NCBI GenBank assembly: GCA_964016885.1
Contig: OZ024742.1
Location: 138,260,001-138,324,000, forward strand
From: Eledone cirrhosa
Taxonomy: Eukaryota
Direction of reading: 5' to 3'
DNA: 64,000 nucleotides
This document shows, in pieces, positions 14,660-27,200 of this stretch (its first letter is position 1; each line of letters begins with the position of its first letter). The notes beneath the pieces were generated by a model, which worked only from the letters and a program-made list of their open reading frames with translations, made no database searches and had not been told where the DNA came from. The position numbers and the translations under genes were made by a program.

Positions 14660-14805
14660 CAGTGGTTTTCAACCTTTCTTTTGCCAAAGGCCCACATTGG
14701 AACACATGAAAAAATAGCGGCACACCTGGCTAAATGTACATGACAAATAGTTGGATTTTAAAAAATTAAAACATGGCGAAAATAAAATTTTGCGGCACAC
14801 TTAGG
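14660..14805 (+). mobile_element. hAT/Charlie-like MITE, one end only
   Basis: Begins CAGTGGTTTTCAACC after ttctagaa, a typical Charlie terminus and target. The other TIR was not found. Confidence 0.45.
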
Positions 14806-16734
14806 AAGATCTCGCTTTGATCAAGGCATTGAAGAATTACGAAAATAGAAACAAATTCAAGTTACGTCCAATATTCTATCATATATCTCAACACACAACC
14901 CAAGAAATGCGGAAGCTTACAACATTATTCACAAGAACATCCAACTACTGAAACAAGACCCAACCAAGAATGAAAAAAGCCCTTGAAACACACAAAATAA
15001 TCAAAACCAAAAGACAACCGAAATCACTAAAACCATTACTCACCACAAACCCACAACCAACTGTCAAAAAATGTGGTCGTTCTAATTGTGGAACCTGCAC
15101 TCACCTCATTGAAGGCAACACGTTTACATTTCAATCAGGACAAAATGTTACTGTAAAAAATCACTTCAGTTGCTCATCAAAAAGTCTGCTTTATGCCATT
15201 AAATGTAAAGGATGCAATGAAGATTATATAGCACAAACTAAACTCACACTCAGAAACAGAATGACAGCCAACAATTACGAGCCCCTACCACAAGATAGAT
15301 ACCACTCAGTGCACATCTAGACATATGCGCAAGTAATAAGACACCCAAATTCTAAGTCTTCCCATTTTATCTTTGCGCTGACAATAAAACGGAACAAATA
15401 CGAATAAATAAGGAAAATATGTTTATTCAAAAATATAGACCAGCATTAAATATAGTTTAATATACATTATGTCAACACCATAACTTGCTAACCATCCAAA
15501 CAGACACATACATACACACACACATTACACCTTCTATTTTAGAAAATAAAAACCAGAACTAAATAAACCTTAACATGCGTTAATACTCTAACACCTTAAC
15601 ATGCTAAACCCCCCCCACACACACACACATAACTCCCTCCCCCATTTCTACTAACGGAATCATTTTCCTACATACACACAAAAAATATATATTCTCTCCA
15701 TCTTAACATGCTAACCATACTCCCACACACACATACAAACACACACATAACACCACACACACACACACAACTCCCTCCCCCATTTCTACTAATAGAATCA
15801 TCTTCCTACACACACACAAGCACACGAATAAACATACATATCTCTACTTTCTTGATTTCAATAGAAAGCCTGAATTTTGACACCCCAGCACACCAGCCAT
15901 ATTCACTGAACCAGAACAATTCTCCCCATCCCGTTTTTCTTGACCATTATCTTTTGTTTGGCACAAGATTCTCTAAAAGGCTACAAAAGAAATTCCCAAA
16001 TACGGGTGCGACATTTAATGTACTTGTTCACGTGACAGTCATAATTTCAAATTAACCAATGAAATTAACCAATTAAGTCAACCAATCAAATTACATTTCA
16101 GCACATCAGTCATACTCAGAACAACTCTCTCCATCCCTTTTTCTTGACCATTATCTTTTGTTTCGCACAACATTCTCTAAATGGCTACAAAAAAAATCCA
16201 AAATACGGGCACGAAATTTAATGTACTTGTTCACGTGATAGTCATAATTTCATTTATAACCAATCAAATTACATTTATAAAAACAAGCCTTCGTGGCCAC
16301 TTTGTTTAAAGTAAAAAGAAATTCAAACACATACTGGCGCGAAAGCTGATGTGCATCTACCAACCAAACTTCAATCATATATGAAAAAACAACCTGAGCC
16401 TCCTTTTTTTGTAACGCGAACTGGCGCGAAATTTATTATACGTATTCACCAACCAACAAAATTACTTCTCTAAAAACCTAGCATTTCGAGCCACTTTTGT
16501 CCATATATAACACAAGTAAAATTCGAACACCAACCAGATGTGAGAAAAAAACACAAACCCTCCATCTCAATTCTACTTTTGAAAAGCACAAGAACTGCGA
16601 AACAGGTAAAGGAACCAAATAAATATATTTAAAAAAAAAAGACTCCAGTTGTATTTTCGATTTCATCTTTTTTCCTTATACTTTCACTCGTGTAGGACAC
16701 CTCGGTTTTTTTCATTTTGTAAAAAAACCTCACA

Positions 16735-16735
<1 letters not shown>
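14806..16735 (+). mobile_element. 5'-truncated PLE: linker plus GIY-YIG endonuclease remnant and 3' UTR
   Basis: ORF 14970-15320: CGRSNCGTC...CSSKSLLYAIKCKGCNEDYIAQT..LRNRM. The 3' region has internal duplications and a terminal HHR before (TA)n. Confidence 0.8.
16571..16614 (+). ncRNA. Minimal hammerhead ribozyme, U3-A8 core variant
   Basis: ctt-TTGAAAA-gca-caagaac-tgc-GAAAC-ag-GTA-aag, located at the PLE 3' end. Confidence 0.6.
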
Positions 16736-16805
<70 letters not shown>

Positions 16806-16969
16806 ATCATATAAAATACAAAGTTTATTTTATAAATGTTGACATAACCAAGAAAAGATACCTTAACGATTGAAGTTTTTCTTGGATAGTGAAAACTTGT
16901 CGAGTTCTCTGAATCAGTTATAAACATTTATATTTGTTGAATTACCAACAAATTAAATATCCATTTTGC

Positions 16970-17100
<131 letters not shown>

Positions 17101-17744
17101 ATTATATATTATATATTATATATGTTATTATATTATTATTATAGTATTATTGTGACACCTATATTGTTTGTGTAAATTAACCGGAGATTATCTATTATAT
17201 TATATTATATAGTATATAATTGTATAGTTTATTATATATTATATGTGCTACTTATACTTATAATCATATCATATTATTACCTCATGTATATTAGATATAC
17301 GTATTATTATTATTATTATTATTATTATTTTTATTCCTATCATGCTTATTTATATTTAAACTCTTAATAAGGTTTAATTTGTGCTGTTGAAGATGGATAT
17401 GTGTATTGATGTATGTGTATGTGTGCGTACGTGTGCGTACATATATACATATGTATATTGTACCTTTTAATTTTTATTGTAATTTTAGTGTTGTTGCAGG
17501 TATATTATATTATATTATATGGTATTATATATAATTCCCGCTTTATAACCACCTTTGTTTAGCTCTAGGTTTTTTTTTTTTGCTTTGGACTATATTTGTA
17601 ATATGGTTCTAAATGTTATATACCTCCTTAGTGATTTTTATTATATATTTTTACCCATAATCTTGCAATACCTTAGTGTATGTACACTCCATATTCTTCG
17701 GAGTTTTCGGCTTGTATTGGCCGATAATACTTCTTGTTGTTTTA

Positions 17745-17789
17745 ATTGCCCTGATGAGTCCTTAATAGGACGAAACATTGTTGGCTAAT
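17745..17789 (+). ncRNA. Minimal type I hammerhead ribozyme (5' pLTR)
   Basis: attgcc-CTGATGA-gtcct-taat-aggac-GAAAC-att-GTT-ggctaat. Confidence 0.9.
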
Positions 17790-18006
17790 AAAGACTTTTG
17801 ATGTATTGAAGGCTTCTTTGTTTTACTTTCATAATTCTTCGGCTCTGTTTAATTACATTGAGCTATACCTTTTACTGTCATTTCTATAATACGAAGAGGG
17901 TGTTTAACTCCAACACGCTCCAGTATTTTAATCCTTGTCACTGCTCCCGATTGGTTGAGCTTCCTCCTATATACTGGTATTTTGGCCTTTATATATATAT
18001 GACAGT

Positions 18007-20693
18007 ATGCTAACAAAGAGTTACCTGCCTTTATCTCTGAAGAATATTCCCACCCCCTCTAAGAATACTTACGAAAAACTATTGATAGCTAGTGTTAACT
18101 CCTTTGTAAAAAGGATTAGATGGCGTGCTTTCCACTATGATAATAGTAAGAATAGGAAGGACCCCAGGAATAGAACAAATTTTAATAACTATGGCTTGAA
18201 AACTTATAAGAGCCCACCACATAATATTCTATTAGATAGTTTTGAAAGTGACTTACTCGCTCTTGTCAAAAATATTAAGTATAGGCCAAATAATAGACAT
18301 AGAAATTATAATAAATTTGATAAGTTCCAGTCTAGACTTAAAAATATTGTTAAGGGTTTGGTGCGAATAAGTCCATTCTTGTCCCGGCGGATAGGACTAA
18401 GAATCTATACTCCATGGATTACAGTGCTTACCGTGACTTTATTTATAAGGAGCTACATAGAAATTATAAAAAAATTACGCTTGATAATTTGAACCACATC
18501 AATAGTGAGGGTCTTAAAATTGTCTCTGAACTCGGCCTCGATAAGTATACCCAGCCATATTACCCTCGAGAACCGAGATTCACTCTTAAGGATCATAAGG
18601 TAGATTTTATTAGTAACCCCTCTGTTAGACTCTCTGTCCTTCTAAGTCCGATATAGCCATAATCAGTAAAAAAATCCTTGATCTTATTATACCAGATGTT
18701 AGGGATAAAGTTAATTTTAACCTATGGGGGAACACTAAGGAAGTTATAGATTGGTTCTCTGGGATTAATAAACTTGAATCTAATAAGTTTATCCAATTCG
18801 ATATTGATGCCTACTACACATCGATTTCAACCTTCCTCCTCAATAAAGCTTTAATGTTGGCCATGAGAGTGTCCAGCCTTACACGATCACAAGTAGATAT
18901 TATACTAGCAGCCCGTAGAACTATTATTAAATTTGAGGACACATTTTTGACCCGTAAAAACACGCCCAACAATTTCGACGTTACAATGGGTTCGAGTGAT
19001 TCGGCCCAGGTAACTGATCTTGTTGGGTTGTTCCTCCTAAATGAACTATATGTTACCTTTCCGCACCTTAAAGGCGGACTATATCGTGATGATGCATTGT
19101 TTGTAATTAACTCTATCACCAACAAGGTCGAGCATAATAAGAAGAAGCTTTATAAGTTTTTTAAAAGCTATAACCTTTCGATCACGATAGATAGAAACGA
19201 TAGAGCGGTTAACTTTTTAGATGTGACTTTGGACTTGGTCACTAATAGTTTTAAACCCTTCCATAAGCCTAATGAAATACTTTCTTATGTTAGTCCCAAT
19301 TCTAACCACCCCAAATCTATGATAAGCTCTATAATTAAGGGTGTATCTAATAGGATTTCCACACTCTCTAAGGACGTAGGAACATTTAATGAACATGCAG
19401 AGTACTATAATAATGCCCTAGCAAATTCCATTTACTCTAGTAAAATACATTATAATAATAGTAACCTTAGAAAATCTCCACTTATTTATAATAATAATAA
19501 CATAATATCACATAACATGGCCATGAATGGGAGTAGGAAGCATAATAACCGTAAAAATTACATAGGTGTATCTGAACCCATCCATAAGTTAACCCACGGG
19601 ACTCGTAATAGGGAATATAATACCTCTAGGAAACAAGTCGAACCCTCTGAGCGCTCACTCATTGGTGATAATTTTGCTAGATCTAATTCTAATAATGTCG
19701 CTTCTACTGACCCTATTATTGGCCCTAATCCTTCTGATGGGATTCCAGACGACAGCAGATCTACTGGAGGTAGAAACAGTGGGAGACTTAATGGAATTTT
19801 GGCTGATTCTAATAATGCGGTTTTAACTAATCCTTGTAGTAACCCTAGTCTTGATAGTGGGATATTAGATAATGGTAGAGTCGGTAAGGATAAAAATAGA
19901 AGGGGACTAAATACTTATTTTAACCCGCCATATAATCAGGAAGTATTAACTAATATCCCTATGTTTTTTCTTTTCTATCTTAGAGAAAAATGTCCCCCCT
20001 TCTCATAAATACCATAGTATTTTTAATAAAAATGTTATTAAACTTTCATTCTCTACCACCCCTAATATTAGTTCTCATTTAGCTAGCACTAACAATAGGA
20101 AAATTAGGGACGCATTCTCCTCTCTACATACTACTAGTCTGAGCAGATCTGGAAATGCTTTACCACCAGAACAGACCTTATCTAATAGCAATACTACGTG
20201 CAATGCATCACCACTTCAGCCAACCAATAGCACCCAGAAGTGTAACTGTAGAGTGAGTGCTAACTGCCCTTTAAACGGTAACTGCCTCTTTAAGAACATC
20301 GTCTATGCTTGCGTAGTTATAACTAATTCCTCTAATAGAACTTATATAGGCTCTACATCTAACACTTTTAAGACTAGGTTTAATTCTCATATCTCTAATT
20401 TCAAACATGTTAAGTTTAAGAATTCTACTTCTTTAGCACACTATATCTGGGATCTTAAGGGGGCTAATATACCATATAGCCTTAATTGGCGTTTAGTAGC
20501 ACGCTCTAATAACCTTTCTACACATACTAAATTTTGTAATCTCTGTATCCTCGGGACACACTCTATAATTTTCTCTAGTGAATCCTTACTTAATAGAAAG
20601 TCTGAGATATTCTCTTCTTGCCCCCACGCTATTTCTAATTCTTACTTTTATTATAAACCTAAAGATTCCAGTAGTATAAATTGTATCCATTAG
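18007..20693 (+). pseudogene. Frameshifted PLE RT/GIY-YIG polyprotein
   Basis: SLKNIP...RIRWRAFHY N-terminus; RT motifs TMGSSDSAQVTDLVG, GLYRDD and NFLDVTLDL; CNC-x5-CPLxGxC linker; IVY..TYIGST..FKTRFNSH. Split across several frames. Confidence 0.9.
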
Positions 20694-22455
20694 CTGATAT
20701 ATTCCATTACTTATTTTTTAGTTTAGGTTCTTTTTGTTTACCACTATTATTATCATCATTATTATCATTGGTTTTTGACAACTTTTTATTCTAGCTCTCA
20801 CAATCTTTTGGCTACTATACCATATCTATCTTCTTACGCATTAAATTTTCACTATTAACACCTTATGAGTATATATCTGATTATATATTTTACATTATTT
20901 TATTTTATTTCATTTTATTTTATTTTATTTTATTTGGATTCTTCTTTGGATAACCCCCCCCCCCCCACACACACACACACACTCCCCACTCCCCCCATGC
21001 GCACATAAACTTATTGTCAACCCCTCCAAATAGATTATGATTATATTTAACCCCCCCCCCTCTTTTACGCTCCTTTCTATTATTTAATATAGTATATTGA
21101 CTATGATTTTATGCTCCTTTGTATCCTACATACATTTCTTTTTTCTGTCCCTATCAGCCTACCATAATTCTGCTTAAGTCAGTTTTTTTAGATATCGTTA
21201 TGTAAATGATAGTAGAAAATCTCATCCCTTTATATATGTATTTGTAGTGAAATATTAACGTTTATAAATTTTGATTACTTAATCCATAGCTAATATTGTA
21301 ATGTCTTATTAGATATTTTAAATATTTTTAATATTAATTTATCAAATAGGGTTTTCGAGTCATTTACCGGGGTTGTTTCCTAAGTTTTTACTTAACTGCA
21401 TGTGAGACCTAAGTACATACTTTTGTTTTTGTTTTTAATTTCCGGTTGATTCTATTTTTTTATTTATTAATACTACTGTGCATTCTATTTACTGTCTGGC
21501 CCTTACTCACTCATCCACATATATGTCTGTTTACCAACCTTGTAATTATAAGTAATTATATATTATATTATGTTAATTATTTTATATTGTATTTGTTATT
21601 GTACTATCGATCCTTATTACTTACCGTTGATTATATGTACCATTGTGATATGTTAAACTTTATATATCATGTAAGATGTTTATATTTTTGTACCATCATA
21701 ATTTTGGGTATTTTACAATTTATATTTTTTCTCACCTACTCTGTAACTCTATATGAATTGATTTGTTAATTTGCATGCCATTATATATTATATATTATAT
21801 ATGTTATTATATTATTATTATAGTATTATTGTGACACCTATATTGTTTGTGTAAATTAACCGGAGATTATCTATTATATTATATTATATAGTATATAATT
21901 GTATAGTTTATTATATATTATATGTGCTACTTATACTTATAATCATATCATATTATTACCTCATGTATATTAGATATACGTATTATTATTATTATTATTA
22001 TTATTATTTTTATTCCTATCATGCTTATTTATATTTAAACTCTTAATAAGGTTTAATTTGTGCTGTTGAAGATGGATATGTGTATTGATGTATGTGTATG
22101 TGTGCGTACGTGTGCGTACATATATACATATGTATATTGTACCTTTTAATTTTTATTGTAATTTTAGTGTTGTTGCAGGTATATTATATTATATTATATG
22201 GTATTAAACAATTATATGGTATTATATATAATTCCCGCTTTATAACCACCTTTGTTTAGCTCTAGGTTTTTTTTTTTTTTTTTTTTTTTCTTGCTTTGGA
22301 CTATATTTGTAATATGGTTCTAAATGTTATATACCTCCTTAGTGATTTTTATTATATATTTTTACCCATAATCTTGCAATACTTTAGTGTATGTACACTC
22401 CATATTCTTCGGAGTTTTCGGCTTGTATTGGCCGATAATACTTCTTGTTGTTTTA

Positions 22456-22500
22456 ATTGCCCTGATGAGTCCTTAACAGGACGAAACATTGTTGGCTAAT
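22456..22500 (+). ncRNA. Minimal type I hammerhead ribozyme (3' pLTR)
   Basis: Same motif as the 5' copy. The only difference is in the stem II loop (taac). Confidence 0.9.
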
Positions 22501-22569
22501 AAAAACTTTTGATGTATTGAAGGCTTCTTTGTTTTACTTTTATAATATATATATATATATATATAAGAA

Positions 22570-23140
22570 ATTAAGTCCATAGAATCATTTGATAAAATAT
22601 ATACAATATTTCTCCTCCCAATCAGCATAATCAACCACATAAAAATCAATTAAACGAGGCTATAAGTTTAAAATGTACCTATGAAGAAACAATAGATAAA
22701 CAAATGATAGCTATTTTATCCGCGATTCACAGCCACAGAAGATTTACCTAGTATTTCTAATAGCCCGTAGAAATTGACTAGCTAACAAAAAATTGCAAAC
22801 GTGGTCACATAAGCTACAATAATGTGTATTATGAAATAAGATATTTGCTACGAGTGCAGACACGTTTGCCCTCACTCTTACTTCCATCATCTGTGGGAGA
22901 GTGCTAGATTCGAAACTTTTAATGACTCTATAACAACTCACTTCCACCCAGATTACCATTGTCATACATCTTAATTGGTATGGCATCACCTACAAGTCCT
23001 ATAATCTTTTTAGTACTATGAAGCTGACTGAACACGAGTGTCCTTAGCTAGTCGATTGTCGCTCATTTGGACGACATTGTCATACCAGCATAATATGATT
23101 GGGGTTGCATTAGAAAAGTTTCAAAGACTCGAAATATGCA
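22570..23140 (-). repeat. Diverged relative of the 24178-24994 element
   Basis: About 22575-22700 aligns with about 24190-24310 (atagaatca..gataaaatatatac..cctcccaat.agcataat). Confidence 0.55.
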
Positions 23141-23146
23141 TAAATA

Positions 23147-23288
<142 letters not shown>

Positions 23289-23318
23289 TGCATATATGTA
23301 TAAATCATATATATATAT

Positions 23319-24069
23319 ATAATAAATCAGGAAAGAGGATTGACATGGTTTGCTATACAAAAAAGGTTTTTAATCTCATTGCTGACAATTGTTTCTCTGA
23401 ACTGGTTGGTCTAGAGATCGCTATTTGCTTGTTTTCACGTTACTCGATCGCCAATACAAAATTATAACCAGTCAGTTCTTCGGAGCATGCGAGAATGAAG
23501 AGGATATACAGGCATGAAAGGAATATACAGGCTACTATATGAAGTAGTAATGGCATTCAGTTAGAACAATAACAACAATTACAACAATGCTAATAATAAA
23601 TTATTTGAGGAACTCCTCAAATAATTTATTACTAGCATTGTTGTAATTGTTGTTATTGTTCTAACTGAATGCCATTACTACTTCATATAGTAGCCTGTAT
23701 ATTCCTTTCATGCCTGTATATTCTCTTCACTCTCGCATGCTCCGAAGAACTGACTGGTTATAATTTTGTATTGGCGATCGAGTAACGTGAAAACAAGCGA
23801 ATAGCGATCTCTAGACCTACCAGTTCAGAGAAACAACTGTCAGCAATGAGATTAAAAACCTTTTTTGTATAGCAAACCATGTCAATCCTCTTTCCTGATT
23901 TATTATTACTCCAAGTGTTTACAACATAGGAATTACAGAATACTCGCAACATCACTATGAAAACGCCTTGTTGAGTCAAACCAAGCCAAGCGTTGATATC
24001 ATCCACTACCCGGAATACCATAACTGGATAACACCTAAGTGGACTGCATATAACTATTATTTGTTACCC

Positions 24070-24072
<3 letters not shown>
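23319..24072 (+). mobile_element. Fold-back PLE pLTR (293-bp arms, 2-nt spacer) plus tail
   Basis: 23319-23611 is the reverse complement of 23614-23906. The arm is homologous to the 3' end of the PLE at 53538-53830. Confidence 0.88.
23731..23851 (+). ncRNA. Hammerhead ribozyme, C3C4 core variant, 81-nt stem II
   Basis: tgct-CCGAAGA-a-ctgactggt..accagttcag-a-GAAAC-aact-GTC-agca. The mirror copy 23374-23494 (-) has palindromic ACAATTGT. Confidence 0.75.
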
Positions 24073-24120
<48 letters not shown>

Positions 24121-24177
24121 AATTCTGGCAATAATATTACACGAATAGGACCCTCCCAAGTATAACTATATATATAT

Positions 24178-24994
24178 ATATCATAAAACATGTCTATAGA
24201 ATCACAAGATAAAATATATACTATTTCCTCTCCCAATTAGCATAATTAACTATATAAAAAATCGAATAGACCAGGCTATACGAATGAGGCTTCTATGAAG
24301 GAATCTCCGACAAATAACCGAAACTAGCGCTTCGCGTTGGCCGTAGCGGAATATTTATCGAATATTTCGACAGCGTAATCGCCTAGATATAGTCAACTAA
24401 ACAGAATTATGTTTAAAATAAACTAGGAGAAAATAGAATACATTTAAATACCTCTATCATGGTTTCGTCCGTGTTTTGAGTTTTTTTCCAATAATTATGT
24501 AATAATTATATAAACTCGAGCGCCGGATTCTTCAGGAAGCTCGCTCATATCTAGACATTAAATTTTCCAAAGCGATCGCGCCAAAATTCATTTCAAAATG
24601 GCTAAAAATCGTGACTTAGTCGCGGTCAAGTTGGAAGAGGTGTGGTAGTTGCTTACGACTGGTGGCATTTTTGCTAGAAAGCACAGCACAATACAGCCAA
24701 ATTTGTATCTCAACCTAGTGGGAGATTATTACATATAAAAGTTTACATATATATATACATACACATATATATACGTGTTTTGCAACTGGTCACTTTGTGG
24801 CTCAATGAAAAATTAATAAATTAAACAATCAGAGCTATATATCATAAAACATGTCTATAGAATCACAAGATAAAATATATACTATTTCCTCTCCCAATTA
24901 GCATAATTAGCTATATAAAAAATCGAATAAACCAGGCTATACGAATGAGGCTTCTATGAAGGAATCTTCGACAAATAACCGAAACTAGCGCTTC
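24178..24994 (-). mobile_element. Terminally redundant ~660-bp non-coding element with HHR (retrozyme-like / non-autonomous PLE)
   Basis: Direct repeats of about 155 bp at 24178-24333 and 24839-24994 (offset 661), with an HHR between them. Confidence 0.65.
24451..24539 (-). ncRNA. Hammerhead ribozyme with 62-nt stem II
   Basis: Minus strand: cttc-CTGAAGA-a-tccg..gagttt..ataattat-tac-ataattat..aaactc..cgga-c-GAAAC-catg-ATA-gagg. Confidence 0.7.
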
Positions 24995-25410
24995 AGTCTG
25001 TCTATATATTTATTTATATAAATATATAGACAGACTGAACGAAAAAAAAAATGGCGTAGACATACAACACAACAGGAGGAACAATGAATATAACACCACT
25101 GACGATGTTGCAGATGTGCAACGAAAGATTTATGTAAATTATGTAAACTATATATATATGTGTTTGTCTATATTGTATCTGTATTATTTTTGACCGCCGG
25201 TCAGTCAATGGCAACATTGAGGACCGAGTAAGTTAGATCGCAGATATATATATATAAAAGACAGCGAGAAGCGAAAACCAACCAAACAGTGAGTGTGTTC
25301 TGTTATTAATTCTGGCAATATTACGCAAATATGACCCTCCCCAAATATAACAATATCTGTTTCGACACACGATTTCATATAAAAAACCTCGCAAAACTAA
25401 TTCATCGCCG

Positions 25411-25505
<95 letters not shown>

Positions 25506-25613
25506 AAAATGTTTAACCCCGACGGCAGAGCTCAAGCCGTTTCGACGGCTATTTCTGGACTCCATCATGGTTCGTTCTTATGGTTCATCTCGTTCCTTAC
25601 CACATCTCCTTCG

Positions 25614-25649
<36 letters not shown>

Positions 25650-25652
<3 letters not shown>

Positions 25653-26563
25653 AAGATTGAAGAATAATATGGTCGGCTGCACAACAAGGGGTTTTATTTC
25701 AAGTATTAACAATTGTTTTATTGACCAGGTATGTCTAAAGGCCGCTAGTCACTCGAAGTTGCGTCACTCAACCTTAAGTACAGTGTTTACCTCTGATCAA
25801 ATCATTAGAATAATAGAGATTTCACATATGGAAATGGTATATATAGATACAACGTAGAATCAAAACAATAACATCAATAATAAAATATAATGATAAAGAT
25901 GTAAATAAGTTACAGATGTAAAAGATAAGTAAAAAAAATATAAGTACAGAATACGAGTGCTGATAATAGTGGTGGTAGTGAGCAATTGAATGTATAAAGA
26001 TGTGAGGGTGGAGATAATACTAACATGAAAAGCAATATTAGATACATACATACATACGTGGTGGTCAAATCTCAGAGGGTTAGAAGTAGAGAATAAAAGG
26101 TAGTAACAAATAACAGATAAACGATAAAAAATAATAAATTAAATATTAAGTGAGCGATACGAGGATGAGACATAAGAGGTAGTGCTAAGGACGGAGCAGA
26201 AGAATTTGTATGTGTGTGTGGGAAATGTTTATCAAGCTGATTGTCTTATCTTAATGGGGTGGATGTGGCTTTAGGGAGAGAGAGGGAAAGAAAGGTTAGG
26301 AGATTTATGATGTTGATCTAGTGACCAGTCGGTCAGTTGACAGCTAATAACAGTGTGGGGGGTATGTACTCAGTACATTAAAATCCTGGTGGTTCAGTTC
26401 AAATTTTGAGATTGCTGGGTCGAATCATGTTGCTTTGAAATTTGTGAACTTGGTAGCAGCTTTGTGCCTACAGAAAATTGATCCTTCTATTTTGCTGTTA
26501 AGCAGCATCTTATTATATTTTAAAATGTGGAATAGCTCCATATTGCAAAGTTCGCAGTGGGAC
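25650..26563 (-). mobile_element. PLE 3' fragment (GIY-YIG C-terminus, 3' UTR, HHR relic at 25704-25812)
   Basis: CELCNMELFHILK..LLNSKIEGSIFCRHK matches the end of ORF 54481-55437. HHR relic: tatt-CTAATGA-[82 nt]-AAAAC-aatt-GTT-aata. Confidence 0.75.
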
Positions 26564-26759
26564 ATATATATATATATATATATATCCTTTCTGAATTTGT
26601 TTAGCAAGATTCTTTATCTGAAAACGTGTGTTGAAACCGATATTGTTATACTTTGGGAGGATCATGTTGCCAATAAGAAACACACGCACCAGTAGCTTTC
26701 ACTTCAATTTATTATAATAAATTTATAAATTTAGGAATTTATAAATTTCCGGTTGGTTG

Positions 26760-27200
26760 GTTGGTTCCACAACCAGATGGTTGTTTATATATTGTCAAAG
26801 TTCTTTCGTCACACATTCTGTGACCTCTCCAGTGACTGGGGATTCTTTTCTTTGTTTTTTGTGCCTCTCCTTTGTTCTGCCATCTTGTTTTTGTGTGTGT
26901 GTTGTGTGCTTAGTTTGCGCATGTGTTACATCCGGGTGTCTGTGTGTGTTTATATTCGTTTATTTATTTGTTTATTTACATGTTACTGGTTGGTTGTTTG
27001 TTCTATGTGCGTGTGTGTTTTCATTTTGTCCTTAATTGTAAGTTGTGATGTTGCTGTTCCACTCACGTTTTCTATTTAATTTTGGTAGTAATTCATTTAT
27101 GTTTATTGCCTCTGTGATTTGTCTAAACATTGCGTCTTTTCTGTGTGTAGATTCTATTTTTATTTCTATGTTCTCTAATTTACCTAAATGAACACTGGTG
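26760..27200 (-). mobile_element. PLE 3' fragment (GIY-YIG tail) with HHR relic at 26794-26836
   Basis: THRKDAMFRQITEAININELLPKLNRKREW; gtca-CTGGAGA-g-gtcac..gtgac-GAAA-gaa-CTT-tgac. Confidence 0.65.

Noticed and set aside
17555-17788. Duplicated 77/67-aa ORF (also 22296-22499)
   Set aside because: It is an incidental frame in the pLTR repeat that overlaps the ribozyme.
20236-20290. Selenocysteine recoding, reported for some Naiad PLEs
   Set aside because: The linker cysteines in all three Naiad-like copies are ordinary Cys codons. I saw no in-frame TGA at conserved Cys positions and recognised no SECIS.
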